In this document: positions 56,478 to 64,000 of the stretch, in pieces
Position numbering within the stretch: the first letter of the stretch is position 1
How the letters are laid out: every line of letters starts with the position of its first letter
Source of the DNA: Candidatus Krumholzibacteriota bacterium
GTDB lineage: Bacteria > Krumholzibacteriota > Krumholzibacteriia > Krumholzibacteriales > Krumholzibacteriaceae
Assembly (NCBI GenBank): GCA_016932415.1
Contig: JAFGCX010000001.1
Location: 17,934 to 81,933, forward strand
DNA: 64,000 bases
Direction of reading: 5' to 3'
Notes under the pieces: model-generated
The model's database searches: none
What the model saw: the letters and a program-made list of their open reading frames with translations, nothing else
What the model was told of the DNA's origin: nothing
Program-made: the position numbers and the translations under genes

Positions 56478-57845
56478 TCAATCGTATCCGTACATCTTTG
56501 TCTTTTCGCGCAAAGTCTGCCTGCTTATTCCGAGTATCCTGGCAGCTTTTGATTTGTTCCCGTCCGTCTCATCAAGGGTCTTGCAGATGAGAATCTTTTC
56601 CATATCTTTTATGCTTATCGGGTACAATCTGTCTATACCTTCCGGGCCTGGACCATCGGTACCTTCTTCGAGCGCCATTATCTCCGACGGGATATGTTCG
56701 GGAAGGATCTCCTTTTCAGCTTCGAGCAATATCGCCCGTTCGATCACATTTTTCAGTTCGCGTACGTTACCAGGCCAGGAGTATCGCATCAGATGTTCCT
56801 CGACTTCCGGGTTGATCTTGTCGATCTTCTTCTTGAACTCCTTGCTGAAGACCTCGATAAAATGGTTTGCTAAAAGGGCAATATCTTCTTTCCTCTCCCT
56901 GAGGGGGGGCAGGTATATCGGGATGACCTGCAACCTGTAGTAGAGGTCATTGCGGAAATCTCCAGCCTGAATAGCCTTGAGAAGGTCCCTGTTCGTGGCG
57001 GCGATTATCCTCGTGTTCACCTTCATGTCCTTGACGCCGCCGACTCTTCTGAAAGTCTTGTTTTCCAGGACCCTGAGCAGCCTGCTTTGAAGAGTGATAC
57101 CCATTTCACCTATCTCGTCGAGAAATATCGTTCCTCCTTCGGCGAGCTCGAAAAGTCCCTTTTTCCTCGTTTTGGCGTCAGTAAATGCCCCCTTTTCGTG
57201 GCCGAAAAGCTCGCTCTCAAGAAGAGATTCGGGAAGAGCGGCGCAGTTTATCTCCAGGAAAGGCATACCTTCGCCTTTACTGCTTTCATGTATCGCCCTG
57301 GCGACAAGTTCCTTCCCCGTTCCGCTCTCTCCCTGTATCAGGATCGTGCTTGCCCTGCTTTCTCCAATCTTTATCACCGTCTCGAATACAGATCTCATCA
57401 CCTTGCTTGTCCCTAGAAAATTATTAAAATTATACTCTTCCTTCTCTTTTTTCTTGATCCCGTCGAGCTCTTCCCGGAGCCGCCTGTTCTCGAGGGCATG
57501 CCTTATCGCTATTTTCATCTTTTCAAGCTGAAACGGCTTCAGAAGGAAATCATAGGCGCCATTCTTGATCGCTTCGACCGCCGTCTCCACCTCTCCGTAC
57601 GCCGTCATCATTATTACGGGGATCTCTTCATCTTCTTCCCGCAGCTTCTTGAGTACCTCTATCCCGTCAGTATCGGGCAACTTAAGGTCAAGGATCACGA
57701 GATCTGCCGGTTCTTCCCTGAAAAGGTCGATACCCTTCTCGCCATTATCAGCTTCTGACACTTCATATCCCTGGTTTTTAAGCGCTTCTCCGAGCGACCA
57801 TCTTATAGCTTTCTCATCATCGACGATCAGTATTCTACCTGGCAT
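56478..57845 (-). CDS. σ54-dependent response regulator (NtrC/AtoC family)
   Basis: Receiver (ILIVDDEKAI…DLVILDLKLPD), AAA+ σ54 domain (ILIQGESGTGKELVARAIH; ESELFGHEKGAFTDA) and a C-terminal HTH (ARILGISRQTLREK). AAAGGGTAAAAG SD. Confidence 0.85.
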   Translation of the reverse strand: MPGRILIVDDEKAIRWSLGEALKNQGYEVSEADNGEKGIDLFREEPADLVILDLKLPDTDGIEVLKKLREEDEEIPVIMMTAYGEVETAVEAIKNGAYDFLLKPFQLEKMKIAIRHALENRRLREELDGIKKKEKEEYNFNNFLGTSKVMRSVFETVIKIGESRASTILIQGESGTGKELVARAIHESSKGEGMPFLEINCAALPESLLESELFGHEKGAFTDAKTRKKGLFELAEGGTIFLDEIGEMGITLQSRLLRVLENKTFRRVGGVKDMKVNTRIIAATNRDLLKAIQAGDFRNDLYYRLQVIPIYLPPLRERKEDIALLANHFIEVFSKEFKKKIDKINPEVEEHLMRYSWPGNVRELKNVIERAILLEAEKEILPEHIPSEIMALEEGTDGPGPEGIDRLYPISIKDMEKILICKTLDETDGNKSKAARILGISRQTLREKTKMYGYD

Positions 57846-57856
57846 CTTTTACCCTT

Positions 57857-59935
57857 TCAGGAGACCCTCTCTGCTTTGTACGGTCCCGCCGCGGACATCA
57901 GCCTGCGCGGGATCTCCACGATAAAGACAGTTCCCGTCTCTTCTCCATTCTGATGAAATATCCTGCCTCCATGGCTCTCTATTATCTTTCTACTTATAGC
58001 GAGTCCCAATCCTGTCCCTTCTGACCTTGTCGTGAAAAAAGGGTTATAAAGTTTATCGGCTATATCCTCCGGTATTCCTTTTCCTGAATCGGATATCTCC
58101 ATTCGAATGAATACCGGGTCATCAGATTCCTTAAGGGAAACTGTTAGATATCCCCCTTCGCCGCATGCCTGGATCCCGTTCATCATGATATTAAGCATGA
58201 CCTGTTTGATCTGGTTCGCGTCAATGAAACAAATATCGTCATCCAGGCCTCTTTCGAATCTGGTCTCGACCCTTCTCTCTTTCGCCTGGTCGGAGACCAG
58301 CATCATCGCGTCATCGACAAGATCGCATATCGATTGTTCCGCCGGCCTCGGTATATCAGGCCTTGCGAAATGAAGAAGGTTCTTGATAATATCATCCAGT
58401 CTTTTTATCTCATCAAGGATCACGGTGAGATATTTTATCTTGCTCGTTTCACCCTGCAGCTGTTCTTTCAGCACCTGTGCCGTCGTCGCTATTCCGGTCA
58501 GGGGATTTCGTATCTCATGGGCGACTCCGGCCGAGAGTTCTCCAAGCGACCTGAGCCTGTCAGATCTTCTCAGTTCTTCCTCCATCAATTTCTGTACGGT
58601 AAGGTCCTCAAAGACAGATACGATCGCCGTACCGTGATAATCATCGATCACTTTTGTCGAGTTAAGCCTCACCGGGACAGGTTCTCTTCCTTCGATTTGA
58701 AAATGGGCTTCCATCGAGGAACTCTTGTTGTCATCCTTCACCAGGTATTCGAAAAGGCTTTCGCTACCGAAGGGGTTCCTGAAGAGATCGTCGAAGCAGC
58801 ATTCTTTATCGCGGATCTTTCCCATCAGCTCTTTAGCCCTCGCGTTCTTGAATACCACCTTTCCCGTCTTGTCCGTCTTGATCACTCCGCTGTTGATATT
58901 GTCAAGTATCGTCTCGTTGAAGTGGGTCAGGTCTCTCAATCTGCTGATCGTGATAGCGTTAGCTACTTCTTCAGAAAGGATCGTCTGGATCGTATTGATG
59001 AAATGATAATCGTTGAGATAGGCCTGCCTTGTCGCGTATGCTTTCTTGATCAGCAGAAACCCTACCCAGCGTCCCTTGTAAATTAGAGGAACGACCGTAT
59101 CGTTCCAGGGAGATCTCATTCCCAGGCAGGTCGTCACATTGCCCTCCCTGCATCCGTCCAGGGAGAATATCTCGGGCTGAATCATATCCCGATCCTGGGC
59201 GTCGAGCAGAACCCCTTCGACCTCGGAAAGCAGATCAGTCTCTATACCGTAGGAAGTCCTGACCTTCAGGGTCTTCCCGGAATTGCTGAACATCAGTAGG
59301 GCCGTGCCTTCGGCATCGAGATACCTGCAGAGAGCCATAAGGAACCTGTCGAGCGAATCGCTCCAGTCCTCGTTGGAACTTATATCCCTTCCCATCTGGT
59401 AGATCATTTTCAGGCGCGTTACATGTTTTTTTAACGCCTCGTTGGCTTCGGCCAGTTCTTCGTTAGTTCTCAGAATTCTTTTCCCGAGTTCGCTTTTGCT
59501 TTCTTCCAGTTTTTTATTCGCGGTCTCGAGTTTTTTTATAATGCTGGCGTTTTCCCTTATCATGAGAAGATTGCCGTAGGCGGCGTCCACTACTTCAGCG
59601 ATCTTAACCAGATCGAAAGGCTTGAGCAGATAATCGAAGGTATTGAGCCTGAGAGCTTCAATCGTCGAATCGAGAGAGGCGAACCCCGTCATGATTATGC
59701 ATCTGGTCTCAAAATGATCCTTCTTGATCCGGGCGATCAGTTCAAGCCCGTCAAGATCGGGAAGTTTCAAATCGATAAGGGCGACATCGAATCCTTTTTC
59801 CGACAGCAGTTCCAGCGCTTCAGCGCCCGATCCGGCCGAAAAGGTCTCGTATCCCCTTTCCGTGAGGAATTGCTCGAGTATTTCCAGGACCGATTTTTCA
59901 TCATCGACGATGAGTACTGTGCCTTTTTCCGCCAA
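57857..59935 (-). CDS. hybrid sensor histidine kinase: N-terminal receiver + coiled coil + GAF + PAS + HisKA + HATPase_c
   Basis: Receiver (TVLIVDDEKSVLEIL…DVALIDLKLPD), H-box AGVAHEIRNPLTGI and an ATPase region (GTGLGLAI). Start is tentatively the TTG (59933–59935) preceded by AAGGA. The longest ORF uses GTG at 59986 with no SD. Confidence 0.75.
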   Translation of the reverse strand: MAEKGTVLIVDDEKSVLEILEQFLTERGYETFSAGSGAEALELLSEKGFDVALIDLKLPDLDGLELIARIKKDHFETRCIIMTGFASLDSTIEALRLNTFDYLLKPFDLVKIAEVVDAAYGNLLMIRENASIIKKLETANKKLEESKSELGKRILRTNEELAEANEALKKHVTRLKMIYQMGRDISSNEDWSDSLDRFLMALCRYLDAEGTALLMFSNSGKTLKVRTSYGIETDLLSEVEGVLLDAQDRDMIQPEIFSLDGCREGNVTTCLGMRSPWNDTVVPLIYKGRWVGFLLIKKAYATRQAYLNDYHFINTIQTILSEEVANAITISRLRDLTHFNETILDNINSGVIKTDKTGKVVFKNARAKELMGKIRDKECCFDDLFRNPFGSESLFEYLVKDDNKSSSMEAHFQIEGREPVPVRLNSTKVIDDYHGTAIVSVFEDLTVQKLMEEELRRSDRLRSLGELSAGVAHEIRNPLTGIATTAQVLKEQLQGETSKIKYLTVILDEIKRLDDIIKNLLHFARPDIPRPAEQSICDLVDDAMMLVSDQAKERRVETRFERGLDDDICFIDANQIKQVMLNIMMNGIQACGEGGYLTVSLKESDDPVFIRMEISDSGKGIPEDIADKLYNPFFTTRSEGTGLGLAISRKIIESHGGRIFHQNGEETGTVFIVEIPRRLMSAAGPYKAERVS

Positions 59936-60047
59936 AACCACATCCTTAAATGAGGAAAGTACGTTTTCGGTGGCAATTATACGCACAGGATATTCTATAT
60001 TTCAAGTCAAAAGGCATTGAATGATAAGTGGTTTCGCGCGATCGATA

Positions 60048-60347
60048 TCATTCGACGAGCTTTATGCGGGAGAGTTCTTCTGTCCTTGTGAAGAGTTCCT
60101 CAAGCAGGATATCTTTGATCTCTTCATCTATATCGAAAATCTGATGCGTTATTTCCCTTGCCTTGCTCTGAAACAGGCTGTCGGTCAAACCTTCATCCTG
60201 CAGGTCGAGTATTGAACATATCTGCGCCGTAAGAGTTTCACGTTCGGCAGTGAGGTTTTCCATAAGATCGTAGTTCTTCTCTTTCAGTGCTCTGAGCTGT
60301 CTGCCGCAGATATCCAGAAGCCTGTTATATAAAAATATTACTTCCAA
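60048..60347 (-). CDS. small helical hypothetical protein (99 aa)
   Basis: TTG start with GGTGGAG SD. All-helical acidic protein with no recognisable motif. It lies between the hybrid HK and the PilZ gene. Confidence 0.35.
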   Translation of the reverse strand: MEVIFLYNRLLDICGRQLRALKEKNYDLMENLTAERETLTAQICSILDLQDEGLTDSLFQSKAREITHQIFDIDEEIKDILLEELFTRTEELSRIKLVE

Positions 60348-60456
60348 CTCGCTCCACCCGATTTAACTGAACATTTCGAAGACGTACAGTTATTCGGATG
60401 AATCCGGGAAAGCTTTACGGAATTCGTATTTTTGAGTGAGAACCACTAGCGGGAGG

Positions 60457-60816
60457 TCATTTCAGAGTCCTGTTGATATATGTTGCCAGTATATCTCTCG
60501 ATGATTCAGGGATAGCGGTGAAAAAGACGGCGATCCTGTATTTCACAGGCTGAGGAGCCTCATTTTCCGGTTCGATACGCACGACGACGCCATCGAACGA
60601 AACGATACTCTCCCCTTTCCCGTCGTCTCCCGCGGCAGGAATAGCAAGCCCCATGCGAACTCTCGTCATCAGTTCCATATAATGAGGTATCTCGAAATAG
60701 ACGCCATTGGAACTGATATTCAGCGTTCTGCCGCTGACTTCGCCCTCTGACCCTTCGATTACGACCGGAAGGTCAATATCGACGCGCGGCGCTTTCCTTC
60801 TGTCTTTGACACTCAT
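60457..60816 (-). CDS. PilZ-domain c-di-GMP-binding protein
   Basis: RxxxR (RKAPRVDI) and D/NxSxGG (NISSNGVYF) motifs. ATG start. Confidence 0.75.
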   Translation of the reverse strand: MSVKDRRKAPRVDIDLPVVIEGSEGEVSGRTLNISSNGVYFEIPHYMELMTRVRMGLAIPAAGDDGKGESIVSFDGVVVRIEPENEAPQPVKYRIAVFFTAIPESSRDILATYINRTLK

Positions 60817-61068
60817 TCAGATAACCCTGACTTTTTGGTTCCTGATCGATCATGGAGCATTTCAACTCTAAAAAAGAAAAGAATCTGCGGAATACATCAC
60901 TGCACTCCGTTTATTCGCCTAGCGTTTCTTTTTCTTATGACGATCCTTGCGAAGTCTTTTCTTCCTCTTATGAGTGGCTATTTTCTTTCTTTTTCTCTTC
61001 TTACCACTTGGCATATTGCATCCAATCCATTAAACGGCCAATATCGGGATCTTAGTTATCCTAATATA

Positions 61069-61099
61069 AAAATCCGTTCACAAATTGCAAACGGATTTT
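61069..61099. terminator. bidirectional rho-independent terminator downstream of the HU gene
   Basis: AAAATCCGTT-(11 nt)-AACGGATTTT. The stem is flanked by an A-run and a T-run on either strand. It lies about 33 nt after the hup stop. Confidence 0.5.
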
Positions 61100-61131
61100 A
61101 CATGAAAAACTGTTTCATTTTCCTTTCGAGC

Positions 61132-61407
61132 CTATCCGTTGACCCTGACCTTCAACTCATTTGAAGCCTTGAAAAACGGGACAAGCTTGGCCGGGACATC
61201 CACGGACGAGCCGGTACGCGGATTCCTTGCTTTTCTCGGGTTACGGCTTTTGACCTTGAAACTGCCAAAACCCCGCAGTTCCACCTTGTCACCCTCAGCC
61301 AGGGCTTTACAGACATTTTCTATTATAAGATTAACGACGACGCTAGTGTCCTTTTTGCTTAGCCCTGTATCCTTTGCTATTTCCTCGACAAGATCTGCCT
61401 TAGTCAT
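61132..61407 (-). CDS. hup: HU/IHF-family DNA-binding protein
   Basis: 91 aa, MTKADLVEEIAK…ALAEGDKVELRGFGSFKVKSRNPRKARNPRTGSSVDVPAKLVPFFKAS. GAGGGAG SD. Confidence 0.85.
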   Translation of the reverse strand: MTKADLVEEIAKDTGLSKKDTSVVVNLIIENVCKALAEGDKVELRGFGSFKVKSRNPRKARNPRTGSSVDVPAKLVPFFKASNELKVRVNG

Positions 61408-61878
61408 TTTGTTTCTCCCTCATAGAAACGAATGTCCCACAATCGAGCCGACAACATGGAAAGACATCTACCTTCCACCTTGTTATATCTTCTATCACAG
61501 GGGCAACTTGTTGTCAAAAGAAAAATTACTAAATCGTAATTTTATTTTTATGCCATGATCAGGCGATCTTGGTGAGGCCCTGGCGGGAACAGATGAAAAA
61601 GTAAAGTTCCCCGCCGGAGAACGTGTACCCTTTAATGTGATAATCTGCAACACGTGAGGATGAGAAACACATCAAGGACAATCCACGGACCCGCAGGGAA
61701 CTTTCCGCGTGCAGTTTCCTGCAAGTTCAAGAGTTATGCCATTTCAGGATCGAATGGCATGCCTTTTTAACTTCATATGTATAATGGGGTTATATGATCG
61801 CGTCAGCTTCGGATCGAATGTCGGGATCGCTATTCATCCGCAAAATGAACTGCTTCCCGATTTGTTGCAACGAAGAGA

Positions 61879-62679
61879 TCACTCTTTGCTTGCCCTGTAA
61901 TATCGAAGATATTCCCTGCATCCCTTGTCGGATCCCGCGATCGCCTCAGCGCTTTTCAGTATTCCCATAAGCTTTTTATCTGTGGGATCGCATATCAAAG
62001 CTGTAATGCCCTTTGCGACAGCCATCGCCAGGAAGGTCCTGTTCAGGAGCCTGCGCATCGGAAGTCCATAAGATATATTGGATAATCCTCCTACCCTCCC
62101 GAAAGAAGGCAGCTCGATCGAGAGTTTTTCGAGTGTCGCAAGGGTGACTGAACTCCCGGCAAGCCCGGTAGCGACCGGCGTAAAGACCGGATCAAGCATT
62201 ACCCGATTATCTGGGATATCCATCTTCTCGATCATCTTAAGGGCCATCCGTGCGAGTGATATCCTGCCCTCTGCATCCGAAGGGATCCCTTTCCGGTTTT
62301 TCATAAGAAGGATAAATGATGAGCCCGACGCGCGTAACACAGGGAGGGCCTGAGCCAGTATATCGTCATCACAGGTAAGGGAATTGATGATCGATCTTTC
62401 ACCGTATCTTTCAGCCGCCTCGGTAAGAAGCGCCAGATTCGGACTGTCGATCGAGAGCTTCGTATCATACCTTTCGAGTATCGCGTCCCCCGCCCAGAAA
62501 AGAGCTTCCTTTTCACCTTCCATCAGCATCGAACTGTTAATATCGATATAATCCGCTCCCCCGCCGAGTTGCCCGCCGGCCGACAGAAGAAGAGAGTCCT
62601 CGTCTCTCGACTCGAAGATATCCCTGATCTTTCTGTTGCTGCTATTGAGTTTTTCTCCGATTATAACTGTCTTCATCAC
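61879..62679 (-). CDS. pterin-binding (DHPS-like/MetH-MtrH-type) domain protein, putative methyltetrahydrofolate-dependent methyltransferase module
   Basis: N-terminus TVIIGEKLNSS resembles IIGERIN of methyltetrahydrofolate:corrinoid methyltransferases and MetH. At 266 aa it has a TIM-barrel size. The start is ambiguous (GTG at 62679 or ATG at 62676). Confidence 0.6.
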   Translation of the reverse strand: MMKTVIIGEKLNSSNRKIRDIFESRDEDSLLLSAGGQLGGGADYIDINSSMLMEGEKEALFWAGDAILERYDTKLSIDSPNLALLTEAAERYGERSIINSLTCDDDILAQALPVLRASGSSFILLMKNRKGIPSDAEGRISLARMALKMIEKMDIPDNRVMLDPVFTPVATGLAGSSVTLATLEKLSIELPSFGRVGGLSNISYGLPMRRLLNRTFLAMAVAKGITALICDPTDKKLMGILKSAEAIAGSDKGCREYLRYYRASKE

Positions 62680-62690
62680 TCGCGGAGGAA

Positions 62691-64000
62691 TCAGGCGTTG
62701 AATCCAGCCTGCCGGCAGAATCTGTTCAGAATCTTGAAAAGTTCCGCTCCAGCCGTTGTTAATTCAATATTTCTTCTATCCATCATTATTTCCGCAGTTT
62801 TTACAGCCTTGTCCAGCGAATATGGTTCGAATTCGGGTTCGCTGCTCCATGTGAAACTTGGAGTGAATTTAGGGAGGAACCCTATCGCAAGAACGTTCGC
62901 GCAGAAACCGACGACAGATCCCGTGTTGACTCTGGTGTTGATCGCTATCTTCGTGTGGTCTCCGGCGATCAACCCGAGAAATCTCCTTCCGGTCTCCCTG
63001 ATCCTGCCCGAACTCCATGTCCTTATCTTTCCGTAATTATTTTTCAGGTCACTGTTACACGCTCCCGCACCAATATTGACCCATGAACCGATGTAGGAAT
63101 GCCCCAGAAACCCTTCGTGTTGTTTGTTAGTATAGGAAGATATTATCGACTCGCCAACCTCTCCACCGATCCTGCACTGGGTCCCTATGGAACTCCCCTT
63201 GCCTACCCTTGCTCCACCCCTGATAATCGTTCCTTCGCCTATATAGCACGGGCCCTCGATTATCGCGTTCGGTTCGATCTTGACTCCATCAGCGATCATG
63301 ACAGGTCCTTTTGTAGCATCGAGTACGGCGCCGGACCTTACTTCAACTCCCGCTCCTATGACTATATCATCCTCATTTATAAGATTTACCCCTTTAAAAA
63401 GCTCGGATTCAGGGGCAGCTCCACGCATCGGAAATTTCTGAAAATCATCAAGGAGACACTGGCTGTTCTCCGCGATAAACTGCCAGTAGAACGAAATCAG
63501 CTTCAACCCGGTCTTTTTCCTTTTCGCCCCGTTCGCTTTTACCCAGGCAGCCAGTCCGGCTTCTTTCAGTTCCATCTGCTCTTCGATTCCAGGCAGGTCC
63601 TTGTCTTCCTTTTCCTTCTTCAGCTCATTGAGTTTTTCAAATACCTTTTCGACTTCGCCGTCCTCGATCGGGTCCTTAAGGAATTTTAAAAACGAGGAAG
63701 CCTTATCGCCCTCGAATGAGGCGATTACCGGAATACCGTTCTTATCTATAACAGTGTCGTCTTCCAGTTCTCCCCTGAGGAGTTCGAGTTCATCCTCGTA
63801 AGCAAGCAGTCTTCCGTTTATAAAGAGGATCTTTCCCTCATCTATACTGTTTACCCGTATCTCCCGTTCGGGAAATCTCGCCTTGAGCGTCTCGTTCAGG
63901 GTGTCCTCCAGATAGGGCCTGCAGATCAGATTCAAGCGCTCGGAGATAACCTCTCCCGATATCCTTTCCCAGATGGGACTTGTCCCTATCATAAGTTCAA
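62691..64000 (-). CDS. left-handed β-helix (hexapeptide-repeat) transferase-family protein; likely 5'-truncated by the window edge
   Basis: C-terminal LbH repeats (IGAGVEVRSGAVLD…IGEGTIIRGGARVG…IGGEVGESII). No in-frame stop lies upstream of the first ATG (63992) before the window ends. The N-terminal part may belong to a nucleotidyltransferase domain. Confidence 0.5.
   Translation of the reverse strand, partial: ELMIGTSPIWERISGEVISERLNLICRPYLEDTLNETLKARFPEREIRVNSIDEGKILFINGRLLAYEDELELLRGELEDDTVIDKNGIPVIASFEGDKASSFLKFLKDPIEDGEVEKVFEKLNELKKEKEDKDLPGIEEQMELKEAGLAAWVKANGAKRKKTGLKLISFYWQFIAENSQCLLDDFQKFPMRGAAPESELFKGVNLINEDDIVIGAGVEVRSGAVLDATKGPVMIADGVKIEPNAIIEGPCYIGEGTIIRGGARVGKGSSIGTQCRIGGEVGESIISSYTNKQHEGFLGHSYIGSWVNIGAGACNSDLKNNYGKIRTWSSGRIRETGRRFLGLIAGDHTKIAINTRVNTGSVVGFCANVLAIGFLPKFTPSFTWSSEPEFEPYSLDKAVKTAEIMMDRRNIELTTAGAELFKILNRFCRQAGFNA

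Noticed and set aside
61008-61020. Plus-strand TTGGCATATTGCA resembling a σ54 −24/−12 element
   Set aside because: GG and GC are only 8 nt apart (10 nt required), and no plus-strand gene lies downstream.
1-64000. Search for tRNA/rRNA genes and CRISPR arrays
   Set aside because: No cloverleaf-compatible segments (no GGTTCGAnTCC T-arm matches), no rRNA-like conserved blocks, and no regularly spaced direct repeats were seen. Spaces between genes are short and occupied by promoters or terminators.

Overview
This 64-kb window is a gene-dense bacterial chromosome segment with about 90% of coding sequence on the minus strand, tight or overlapping gene junctions, and frequent TTG/GTG start codons. 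It is almost entirely housekeeping. Recognisable genes, in window order: a LapA-like fragment, miaB, mtaB, rpsA, ispH, a cmk–plsC fusion, hisC, rsuA/rluB, scpB, scpA, xerD, uvrC, rpsT, proS, a homocysteine-S-methyltransferase/MetF fusion, dapF, argF, hslVU, xerC, trmFO, topA, a DUF494/Smg-like gene, secA, the purN–purC–purH–guaA operon, ComEC, a GGDEF cyclase, an MltD-like transglycosylase, a glgD-like/glgC pair, a FadL-like OMP, HU, a pterin-binding module, and an LbH transferase at the edge. No rRNA, tRNA, CRISPR array or obvious mobile element was found. The two tyrosine recombinases sit in conserved chromosomal contexts (xerD beside scpAB; xerC in a topA–trmFO–xerC–hslVU block). That block and the glgD-like/glgC pair look Firmicutes-like, yet several outer-membrane proteins (an Omp85-barrel fusion, a FadL-like channel, a LapA-like fragment) indicate a diderm cell, so this may be an uncultivated or deep-branching lineage. 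That placement is inference only. The unusual content is in four places: (1) a 952-aa outer-membrane protein combining a gluzincin-type metallopeptidase, PD40 β-propeller repeats and a C-terminal Omp85 barrel; (2) a dense signalling island at about 49.8–60.8 kb with three σ54 enhancer-binding proteins, two histidine kinases, a CheY-like receiver, a FliA/σ28-like sigma factor and a PilZ protein; it carries two predicted σ54 −24/−12 promoters, one placed to give a near-leaderless fliA-like transcript; (3) a SecA carrying an 8-cysteine insertion in its variable NBD2 loop; (4) a 470-bp structured non-coding region upstream of the HU gene. Smaller curiosities include a Cmk–PlsC fusion, acidic tails on S1 and ScpB, and atypical GAFTGA motifs in all three EBPs.
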